Shown here piece after piece: positions 26,538 to 39,400 of a stretch of 64,000 bases of DNA. The stretch spans positions 496,001 through 560,000 of the forward strand of contig OZ176058.1 of NCBI GenBank assembly GCA_964247055.1. The letters are read 5' to 3'. Source of the stretch: Paragordius varius. Lineage: Eukaryota > Animalia > Nematomorpha. The translations under genes and the position numbers were made by a program. The notes below the pieces were generated by a model that was not told the DNA's origin, searched no databases, and was given only the letters and a program-made list of their open reading frames with translations. Position 1 is the stretch's first letter; the number at the start of each line of letters is the position of its first letter.

Positions 26538-29500
26538 TAATTTTATATACAAAAATATATATTAAAAAACCAAATTTTAAATAATATTTTTATATTTAAT
26601 TATTTTTTAATAAAATAAATTATTTTACTTTATGAAAAATAATTTATTTTTATTAAAAAAACCAAATTATAAATAATAAATTTTTATTATAAATTTAATT
26701 TTTTAATATAAATAAATTATTTTACTATATAAAAAATAAATTTACTTTTAAACTTCGTGTTTTATAATCGAATAAATGTAAGCTCTTTCTATATTTAACA
26801 TTTTTTTAAAAAAATAAAAATAATAAATTTATCTCTAAATAATAAAAAACTAAAAAATTTTAATTAAAAATATTTATTTTATGTAATAATTTAAATCTAA
26901 TTTAAAAATTCTAAATCTTATTTTTTATAAAAATAAATTATTAATTTAATTTATTTTTTAATAAAAATTTAATTTTAAAATTTTTTAACTCAGTTCCTTC
27001 TGATAGAATGAATGTAAGATATCATGCCACGTGGCTTGAAACCAAGAAATTTCAACAGCTGTTAATTCACTCTGGAAGGTTCGGTAAAAATGACGGGAAC
27101 TGAAAACACGTGACGAGATCAGCTGATTATTTAATAGAGTATAAGCTGATTTTTGGGAAGCATTTTCTTTGCTTAGACCCATTCTAATATATTATATATA
27201 TATATATATATATTATTAAAACATTTTAAAATTAAATAAAAATTAAAATAAAATAATTTGTATTTGTAAATTAATTTTTAAAAACTTTTGCAAAAATTGA
27301 TTCCTTAAATAAAGACGTATAATCTTATAAACCATTTACAATTCAAATTCACCACCCTAAAATAAATTATGTCTTTTGGGGCAGCTAAAACTCATCATAT
27401 TAATATGAAATATAGCTTTATGGCGCGCATAATTTATTATTTTTTCAGTATTATTTTGGAATTTTAAACGAAATTTCCTTTTTTAAAAATATTTAAAAAT
27501 ATATGTATTTTTTAATCTCAAAAAAAATATAATTTATTTTAGGGTGAATTGGAATTGTTTAAGTGTAAATTTAAATATAGTATATCAATATTTAATAAAC
27601 TATGTTATTAAAAGGACTAATTAAATAATTTGTATCCGAAAAAAATTTATTTAATAATAAAACGTGTAATATGGAGAATGAGCTGTTTTAGGATATAAAA
27701 GAATAGTTTTAATATATTTTATAAATTACTAAAATTTTAAAATAAGATATATTTCTTTATTTAAAATAAATTATGTGCAATATGTATCCTATTTTCTGTA
27801 TTTTACTATATATAATAATTAAAATAAGGATTAGTTTTATAATTTAAATTTAACTCATCCATTTATAAATTTTAGTCAATAAAAATTAAATTAGAATAAA
27901 TATTCTAAAATTAGATCAATTTACATAAATAAATTTTACTCCCAAATTTAATTCTTACAAATAAGACGTGTAATCTGGGGTGGGAACAGCTGTTTTTTGG
28001 TGAAACAATAAAAAACCCATACAATAATAAGCTTTTTTAACGAAAAAACTTAACAAAGTATATCGCAATTTTAATTTTATTAAAATTTAAACGTACAAAC
28101 GCTTAATTTTCGCGATAACAGCTGTATATTCAAAAACTATTTTATAATTCTTACTTATTCTAGAAATAATTTAAATTTTAATATTCTCAATTTTACATTT
28201 TTCAAATTTAATTCTTACAAATAAGACGCGTAATCTGAGGTGGGAACAGCTGTTTTGTGGTGAAACAACAGGAAAACCATTCTATGATACCCAAGTCCAC
28301 GGGGGAAAAATGGTCTAATGTAAGGTAACAGCTGTTGGCCCTCGCCATCACCTGTTTTGCATTCATTCATAAACTCATATGGGTGATTAAGATCAGCTGA
28401 TTTTTGTGGAAAAAATTTAACCCGTGAAGGTTTATCTGCGTGAGCTGGGATATTTGCACTTGAAAATTATATATAAAAAAATAAGTTTTATAAAACTTAA
28501 AAATATTTATTTAAATAGATTTTAAATAATTTTTGAATAATACGAAAAATTTCAATATTTTAAAATTAGCAAAATTTATTTAGAGTTAGAATTAAAAATT
28601 GATATTATTACATAAATACAATTAAATATATAGAAATTGATTAAAAATAATTTTGAAAAAGGCAAAACATCTAAAAAATTAAAAACCGTAACCTATTTCG
28701 AAGGGTTTTTATGAAACATGAAAAATTGATTAAATATTATATTCAAGAAAGAAATTTATAAAATATTATATAAGATAAAAATAATCTCTCATTTTTTATA
28801 TAAAAGTTTCCAAATTTTGGATAAAAATGAAATTTTTAAAAAATTACCATAGAAAATGCAATTTTTTTTATAAAATTAAATTTATACAAAAAAATCATTA
28901 TTTTTATTAAATATATATAAAAAATTATTCAATTTTTTTACAAAAATAGAAATATTAATTTTATTATTTTAAAAAAAATTTAAAAAACTAAATTCAATTT
29001 ATTTTATAATTCTCAAAAATAAAGACTTACACAAACCAATGTAACACTTCATTTCTGGGGTCATCAATAATACCCTGATCTGTTAAATCAAATTTATTCA
29101 TATCTGCTTGATATAATTTTTCTAATTGATCAGCTGATTTTCGAACAGCTGTTTTTCCAGTTTCCGCCATATGATTTTGTGTTTTGCCGTTAATAACAGC
29201 TGATAAGTTTGAAATATCAGCTGTGTTTCCAGTTTCAGCCATATGATTTTGTGTTTTTATGCCGTTAAAATCAGCTGGTAAGTTTAAATCACAAGCTGTG
29301 TTTTTGGTTGCTGTCATATGATTTTGTGCATTTCTGCTGTTAAAATCACCTGATTGACGATCAGCTGAGTTTAGCGTTTTTATAATATTAATTTTATTAT
29401 CGTTGTTTAAAAAGCGTGGTGGAACATTTAATTGTAGTTGTATGGAGGTGTTTGGGTTATCTAAACTATCTGTATATCTGAAAAAAAATTAAAAAATTAT

Positions 29501-32500
29501 TATAATAATTTTTTTTAATATTATTTAAAAAAATTATTTTAATTTTTTTTAAAAAATATATAATATTTTTTTAAAAAAATTTTATAATAATTTTTGAGAT
29601 TCATATTAAACCTTTGGAAAAATATTATAAATAATCAAATATCCACATTTTTTATATAAATATATAAAAATTAATATTATCAAAAATAATAATAAAAAAT
29701 CATTTTTTTAACAAAAAATCACCGAATTTAAAATTCAATTAATACAAATATATAAAAACAAATTATTAAAATCATATTTTTTAATATATTAATATTAAAT
29801 TAATTAATCTGTTATAAAATTAAAAAATTTAAAATATATTTGTAATTTTAAAAAAATATAAAATAAAATAAATCAAAAGACCTATAAAATATATTTAAAA
29901 TTAATTAAAAAAATTCTTTATTTTTATATTTGAAAAATTTAAAATTAAAAAATGAATTTCTTGATTAAAAAAATATTTTTTAATAAAAACTAAAAAAATT
30001 AAAACTTTATATAACACAAAAAAAATAATTTCTTAATAAAAATATAAATTTTTAATAAAAACTAAAAAAATTAAATTTTTTAAAAATAAAAATAAATATT
30101 TTTAATATAAATAAAATAAATTTAACAAATTAAATTTCTTGATTAAATAAAAAATTTTTAATATAAACTTAAAATATTAAATTAAATAATAAAAAAATAA
30201 ATTTTTAATAAAAACTTAAAAAATATAATTTTTCAAAAAAAACTAAAAAAATTAAAAAAATATAAACATTTAATAAAAACAAAAAAAATCATTTTTAATA
30301 AAAACTAAAAAAAAACATTTTTATATCATAAATAATTTTTAAATTTTTATTAATAAAAACAAAAAAAAACATTTTTTTAATAAAAACAAAAATAATCATT
30401 TTTTTTATATTTTAAATAATTTTTTTAAAATTTCAAAAAAATAATTAATAAAATAAATTTTTATTAAAAATATTTAAAATATATTATATAAAATCTATTT
30501 TTGTTGCAAAAAAAATTATAAAAAAAATAATTTTTTTCAAATAATTTAAAAAAAAAATATTTTTTTTAAAAAAATATTATAAAAATTAAAAATACCTTTT
30601 AACTGTATCATATCGTTCAATGTGTTTAACATTGCGTCGATCTAAACTATCAAAGGCGCCCCCTTTAATCAGCTGATCTGGCGTGTGATCATAAAAAGGG
30701 GATGGTAATACACTTATATTTTCAGTTTTTCTAAAAATTTATAATCAAAAAAAATAAATTAAAATAAATAAAATTCTTTAATTTTAAAATAAAATAGAAA
30801 AATATTCAAAAAATTAAAATATATATTATTAAAAATATTAAAAAATTAATATATTTTTAGTTTTTCTAGAAATTAAAAATAAATAAAATTAAATTATTTA
30901 AAAAATCAAAAAAAATCAATAAAAAAAATATAAAAAATTATTTGAAAATAAAATATATATTCAGATAAAATTATAAATAAATACATTAAAATATATATAA
31001 ATTAATATTAAAAATTAAAATATAATTATTTTCACTATTCTAATATTTTCAGAAAAAAATAAAAAAAATTAAAAAAAATATATTAAAAATAATTAAAATA
31101 AAATAAAAAAATTTAAAAATAGTAGATAAAAAAAATTCAAAAAAAATTATTTAATTTAATAAAAATAAAATATAAATAAATTAAAAGAAATTATGTGAAA
31201 ATAAATAAATTTAAATAAAAAAATAAAAATGAAAGGAAAAAAAAATAAAAAAATTAAAATAAATTAAAAAATAAGGATAGAAAAATATGAAAATAAATAA
31301 AAAAATTCAAAAAAAATATTTATAAATTTTAAAATAATTGATTCATTTTTAGAAAAATAAAATAAATTATTAAAAATTATTTAAAAAAATAAAAGTAAAG
31401 AAAATTACAATTATTAATTTTATTAAAATAAAATTTAATAATAAATTAAATTGAATAAAACTATTCTGAAACAATTTATTACATTAAAAATATATAAAAA
31501 ATTATTTAAATATAAATAATTTTATAAAATTTATCTGAAAATAAATAAATAAAAAAAAAATTTAAATAAAATAAATAATCATTTAAATATAGAAAAAATA
31601 TTTGAAAAATTAATATATTTATTAAATTTTATAAAAATAAAATATATATATTCAGAAAAAATTAAAAAAAATTAAATGAAAATAAAAAAATTTAATAAAA
31701 ATATTTAAAAATAACTTTTAAAATAATTAATTAATATTCAGAAAAATAAAATAATAAATAATTAAAAAATATTAAAAAATTAAAAAATAAAAAATATATA
31801 TAAAAAAATTAAAAAAAAAATTTAAAAATAATTAATATCAAAAATAATTAATTTATATTCAAAAATAAAATAAATTATTAAAAAAGAAAAAAAATTATTT
31901 GAAAATTAAAATTATTTAATTTTATTAAAATAAAATAGAAAAACATTTAAAAAATTAAAAAATATTAAAATTAATAAATTTATTTAATTAATATAAAATA
32001 GAAAAAAATTAAAATAAAATAAAAAATTTTTTAAAAATAAAAATTAAAAAAAAATATATTTAAAAATAGTTAATTTCAAAAATAATTAATTTATATTCAG
32101 AAATATAAAATAAAATAAATTATTAAAAATTATTTAAAAAAATAAAAGAAAAAAAATTATTTGAAAATTAAAATTATTTAATTTTACTAAATAAAATAAA
32201 AAATTTAAAAATTAAAAAAAATAAAAATATTAAAATTCAAAAAAAATCATAAATAGTTAATTTCAAAAATAATTAATTTATATTCAGAAAAATATAAATT
32301 ATTAAAAATTATTTAAAAATATAAAAGAAAAAAAATTATTTAAAAATTAAAATTATTTAATTTTATTAAAATAAAATAGAAAAATATTTAAAAAATTAAA
32401 AAATATAAAAATATCTTAATTTTAAAATTTAAAAATTTTAATATATTTTTACTGTGACGGTTTTTCCACAGTAATAGGCAAGCCAGGATCTAACGAAGTT

Positions 32501-33374
32501 AACAACAAAGTATAATATCCTAAATCAGGTGATCTGCGAGTCTTTATGTTTTTTTCGCTATTATTAATTAGCGAACAAGTCGCATATGGTGTTAATATTG
32601 TAATTTCTGGAGACTGAGAAGTCTAAAAATATTAAATAAAAATAAAATAATATTAACTCAATTTTAGAAATATTGTAAATTTGTAAGTTTTGAAAAATTA
32701 TAAAATTAATATTAAATATACCATTGAACAAATCAAATTCACCCTCGAACAATTCGAATTCACCTTTAAATTCACCTTAATTCAAATTTACCCTTGAATA
32801 ATTTAAATTTAACATTGAACAATTCAAATTTACCCTTAAAACAATTCAAATTTACCCTTGAACAATTCATATTCACCCTTAAACAATTTAAATTTACCTT
32901 TGAATAATTTAAATTTACCATTGAACAATTAAATTTACCCTTAAACAAATTTAATTCAAACTTGAACAATTCAAATTCAAATTCACCCTTAAACAATTTA
33001 CATCCTTGAACTATTTAAATTTACCCTCGAACAATTCAAAATCACCCTTGAACAATTCAAATTTACCCTCAAACAATTCAAATTCACCCTTGATCAAATC
33101 AAATTCGCATTATAAAAAATTATGTGTTTTTTTAAATTAAAAATTACCTATAATTATTTTGATATTTTTATGAAATGAAATTTTGTTTAAAATTAATGTA
33201 ATACTTAAAAATAATAAACTATGGGCCATAAGAAATATTTCAATAATGATAGTTATATTAGCTGCCCGAAAACACATAATTTATTTTTCAAGGGTGAATT
33301 TAAATTGTTCAAGGGTAAATTTGCATTATTTTAGGGTAATTTAAATTGTTCAAGAGTGAATTTAAATTGTAAAT

Positions 33375-33415
<41 letters not shown>

Positions 33416-36400
33416 ATTTAGTTTTCTGTAATTGATTCTTAAAAAACGAAGAATTTTAATTTTGATTAAAAACATATTATAGAAATTTTTTTGGGGTTTC
33501 TCTATTTTAGATTCTATAATTGTAAATTTCTTAGGGCTTTTAAAAAAATAAATTTTTGAGAATATTTATATTATTTAAAGAACAAGTCGCATATGGTAAA
33601 TATTTAATTTCTGATGATTGGGAAGTCTAAAAAAATTTTTAATTTTAAAAAATCAATTTTAATCTCAAAAGTTTTTTAAAAATATTTTTACTTTTTTTTA
33701 TCAAATGCAATAATTTACCTACAACACTAAAATAGAATAAAAATTTTATTTTTGGTAAAAAAATTAAAAAAAAGGATGGTTTTCGATTTTTAAGAAATTT
33801 AGGTTTAAAGCACAAGTCGTATACGGTATTAAAATTGTAATTACGGGTAACTGAGAAATATATATATTCGGAGTAAGATTATAATTTAATTTAAAGTTTT
33901 TTATTTTTTCGAATAATTTTATTTGATTAAATCTATATTCTAAGAAAATAATTTTCAGGGTAAAATTTAACTTTTTTTTTACAGAAATATCTAACGTTTA
34001 TTCTTCAATTAATTATCTTTAGGTAACTCAATGTTTTGATTGAGAGATGTATATTGATAACTTTACCATTTATATATTTTATTGCACATTTTTATTACCA
34101 TTTACAGTCAAAAATCACCCTAAAAATAATTTATGTGTTTTCTCACTAATATAACTCATTATTATAAAAATTATCTTTATAGCACAGTGTATTATTTTTT
34201 CAGTATAATTTGAATTTAAATAAAATTTAATTTTTTAAAAATATAGGTAATTTTTAATCTTAAAAAACATATAATTTATTTGAGGGGGAATTTGAATTGT
34301 TTTAAAGAATAGATTTATGTATCAGGATTCTCAGAGTGCTTTTAGTTTTGAGTTTTACAAATTTAAAAAAGTTATCTAGACTTTGTGGTATTAGCTTCAT
34401 ATAGAAAATTCACAAATTTTGAGCACAATATTTTGTGTTTACAAAAAATATCTTCATGAAATAAATATATATAGATATATATATCAGGATTTTCATAATG
34501 CATTTAGTTTTGGCTTTAAATGTTTTAGGATTTTTAAAAACGACTTTTGAGGTAGAGCTTTTATATTATATATCAAAATATATGCGCATATTATGTTAAA
34601 TAAAAAGTTTTGATTTAGTTTACTGACTATGATACAAGCATGTATCAGAATTCTCAGAGTGATTTGTGTATTAGATGAATTAAGAAATTTTTTTCTGGTG
34701 ATAACTTTATTGAAAATTCACAAAATTTGAGCAAAGTTAACCAAATAAATATTTTGGTTTGATTAAATAAATATATTTTGATAGATAAATGTATCAGGAT
34801 TCTCAATGCATTTAGTTTTGGGCTTTAAGTGATTAAAAATAAAAGCACTTTTATGGTTAAGCTTTTACAAAGATCAGAAAATTTGAGCAAATTAGGTTAA
34901 ATAAGTTTTTATATATTGACTATGATAGAAGTATGTATAAAAAATTTCAGAGTGTTTGGGGTTTTAACTTTAGAGAGTGAATTAAGAAATTATGACAGTT
35001 TTGTGGCATGATATTAGCTTCAGATCGAAAAATCACAAATTTTGAGCACATTACACTCGTTTACAAAAAAAATATTTTGATTAAATAATATATTTCGATA
35101 GATAAATATATAAGGATTCTTATAATGCATTCAGTTATGAGCTTTAAGTTATTTAGGAAAGTTAAGAACACTTTTGTGGTAAAGCTTTTATAAAAAATCA
35201 GAAAATTTGAGCAAATAATGGTAAACTAATAATTCATAAGTATACAAATTCTGATAAATTATATCAGAATTCTCAGGGTGCTTTTAATTTTTGAGCTTTA
35301 CGAGTAATTTAAGAAAGTTATTGACAGTTTTGTGGCATTAGCTTCAGATCAAAAAATCGCAAAATTTGCTCAAATTATGGTAAATAATTTTTTTGTAAAA
35401 ATACTTTTAATCTAAAAAATTCCATAAAAAAATACATCACGTTTTTATAAAACTTTATTTATTTGCAAAAAAGCAAAAAGAGGCGTTTCAATGTTGAAAT
35501 CTTTATATGTTCCGTATAGTTAACCTTAAAATGGATATAATATATATAATATATAAAAGCTTTAAAAATTAAAATTTCAAATTAGGGGAAAAATGTTATA
35601 TATCCGATAAATATTTTAAAATGATAAAACATTTACTTCAAAAATACATATTTTTTTAAAAAAAATATTTCAATGTTATTTATACTTTTTTTACTCTAAA
35701 TTCTTTTAAAAAAAAATAAATTTAAAAAAGTAAAAACCTCAAACGCATCCAATATATTTCCACGATATACAGGGGAGAAAACATATTTTTCATTATTTTT
35801 AATTTTATTAGAGTTTAGGCTATCAGCTGATTTCTTATTTGACGAGTTTAGATCAGCCAAGCTTTCTATTTCATTTGTAATTTGATTTGTGTTTTCGTTA
35901 TCAACTTTTTCAGTCGCTATAAATTAAAAAAATCAAATGTTTAGGAACTCTATAATATTATTTTTAAATGAATTGTTTTAGATCTCTATAAAATTTAAAA
36001 AAACAATTGTTTTATCATAAATCGTATTTTCAACAAAAAAAATTAATAGAAGAGCTATTAAATGTTTATGATTTTATCGTAAAACATATTTTAAACCAAA
36101 AAAATTAATAAAAGAGCTAATTAAATGTTTATAATTTTATTTTAACAATCAATTGTTTTAGAACTCTATAATTAAAAAAACCAATTGTTTTATTGTAAAC
36201 ATATTTTCAACAAATAAATTAATAAAAGAGCTAATTAAATTTTTATAAAGAGTTTATTGTTTTTATCTGTAATCATTTAATTTAATCATTTTTTGGGAAT
36301 ACTATTAATTTGGTAAAATTTTTAAGAACAAATAAATAATTTAATAATTTATCCAAAAAAATTCATTATTAGTTCAATATAACCATAAAACAATTGTTTC

Positions 36401-39400
36401 CTCGGTTTTTTAATTTTAGTTTTTTTAAAAAAATATTACTTAATTTAAAATGTATTGTTTAAAACAACTATTTTTATAATTCTTTAGTCTAAAACAATCA
36501 ATATACAATCTGTTTTGGTATTTTCCAATTCAAATTATAAAAAATATGATTTCAATTAAACTAATTATTCATAATTTTTTCAACTAAATGTGATATCTCA
36601 TAAAAAGTATTATTTCAATTAAACAAAGTAGACATATTTTTTAACTTAAAATCCATTAAATATTCATATCAAAAATCCAATATTGATTTCAAAAATCTAT
36701 ATCAAAAAACCAAAAAAGTAACAATATATAAACACATTCACCTATTTCCCCCTCTTTTCCCAATTCAATTTGTTCAAGATCACCTGATTTTTCCGATTGA
36801 CTATGTGAATATAAAATTTGCATAGGTACATGCGGATGAAATATATATTGACTTGAGGGGCAATTTTCATTTAAGGAATTAGAATTAGATTTAGAATTGT
36901 TTGAAAAAGCTGGGCCAAATATATCCCTATAAAGTCCGTAATGTTCAGCCAGGGCTTGAGTTTGCCCCACTTGGTTTCTACATGCTTTGATATTAATTTC
37001 AAATGTGGTTTTATCAGTTTTAATTTCAAAATTTTGATTTGTTTCATTAATTTTATTAACAACAACTTTACGAGTGTTTTCAAAATTATTATTGGCGTTG
37101 GTTTCAGTATTAATATTCTCAATATTCTTGTTGTTAATTTGATTTTCAGCATGAATGCATCTTTCAACACTGTCCAAATTGATGAGTACTATTTAATAAA
37201 ATTGATACCATTTTTAACTTTAGTAGTAAACATTTAAAATAAAATTAGGTTTTATAATATAAAATTTCCGGAAAACGTGTTAAATTATAGGAAAATTTTT
37301 AGTTTTAACAAGATAATTATCTTTAAGTTTTAAAATTATTCTCAATATTATTGATGATTTGATTTTCAGCATGAATGCATCTTTCAACACTGTTCAAATC
37401 GATAAGCACTATTGAAAAATAAAATTTCACAAAAAAAGTTTGAAATAATATTTTACAGGTAGTGATTTAATTAAAAATTCCTAATTTTAAACAGATTTTA
37501 ATAATTATAGTTTCAGTATTTATATTCTCAATATTGTAATTTGATTTTCGGCATGAATGCATCTTTCAACATTGTCCAAATTGATAAGCACTTTTGAAAA
37601 TATAAAATTTATTTATTTTTAAATAATTTCATTTTTAACTTCAATAGTGAACATTTAAAATAAAATTAGGATTTATAATACAAAATTTCCGGAAAACGTA
37701 TAAAATTAAGAGAATTTCTAGTTTTAACAAGATTTTAATCATTATATTCTCAATATTGATGAATTGATTTTCTGTGTGAATGCATCTTTCAACACTGTCC
37801 ATATTGATAAATACTATTGAAAAAATTATATAATTTTTATTTTAATAGTGAACATTAATGATTTCACTATCTGATTAAACTCGTCTTTTACAACTCTTCA
37901 AATCATTAAATTCTTTTACAGTGATTACAAGACTGTTTCATGATTTTCGCTTATATTCTCAATATAAATTATTCACTGCAAAAACGCACTTTATAACAAT
38001 TATATCAAATTGTTTCATAAAACGTATATATCTATTCTTTGTATTATTTTCATATAATTAGGTTCAAAAGCGGTTACATAATTGATTAATTATTGGAGTG
38101 AACGTGATTTCTAAATTTGATAAGTACTATAACAGTAAAAATTGAAATTATACGGACAAAATGTAAAAATATCTAAAAAAAATTTCTAAGGACAACCATA
38201 CTTTTTTAAACCTTAATTTATGCTATGAAAACATTTAATTACAATCGTAAAATAGATTATTGATTGTGTTACCAATTTACATTCCCATATTATATACTTG
38301 TAGTTTAAAACAATGAGTTATAATTAAAACTAATCAAGATTAAAAAGGGTATGGTTGTTTTTTTGAAAAATATAACTGATTGTTTTAAATTGCAAAATAT
38401 AAGAAATGTAAATTGCACAATCAATTATGTAGTTTACGAATGTATTTAATTATCTATGGTTGTATTTTTTAAAATATATTTATCTTTTTACTCTCACGTT
38501 TTGTCCTTATTATAATTTCAATATTTACTGTAAATACTAATTATATAAAGATATTATAGATGAATGCTAAAACACTTTATAACAGTTTCACATAAAGTAT
38601 TGCATGTTAAATCATATCTTTAAAACAATTTTACGGGTATAAAAAGATTTTAGCCCCTTCCTTGTTTATTATTTTAAGCTCCAAAAGTGTTTTAAGATTT
38701 CGCTTACATTAAAAAAGGTTAACTTAAGATTTTTGCGAGTCTGTTTATAGAGACTCAAGGTATAAGTTTTGGTTTTTTGGTTAAGAGTCATTTAGAAGAT
38801 TAATCGTATGTAATATCGAATTATCGCAAAATTAGCGGACATTATGATAAATCTAATTTTTGTGGTATAAGCTAGTTCATAAAATATTATTGATACAGTA
38901 TAAAATAATAAAAAAGCAAACATGTTTATCAATATTTTCTTTTACTTTAAATCGGCATCATCAAAATTAGATAGCTTATTTTTCAAAAAAATTAAAATAT
39001 TAATAGTATTCTAGCAATATTCCTTTCAAATATTAATCTGTTAAATTCGTTTCAAATTCAATAAGCTAACTCAATGGGACTCAAACAGCGGCCCTAAAAA
39101 AGCTTTTCCCTATTTTCGACATTTTAGAAATAAAATATTTTTACTTATTTTTCAAACATGAAAAAAATTTAAACAATCAACATTATTTTATCAATAATCC
39201 TATCATTCTTTTAAAATTCAAATTCAATTAGCTAACTCAGTGGTATTTAAACCGCGGCCATACAAAAAATTACCCTATTTTATTTTTTATCAATAATATC
39301 ACAATTAAATAGTTTAAAATTCAAAAAAAATCAAAAAATTAAACAATCAACATTATTTTATTAATTTTCCTTTTAAAGATTAACTTAATTTTTAAAGAAA

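Noticed and set aside
36871-37237. Overlapping ORFs 36871-37170 (-) and 36941-37237 (+)
   Set aside because: Shadow frames of MRPL38 exon 3.
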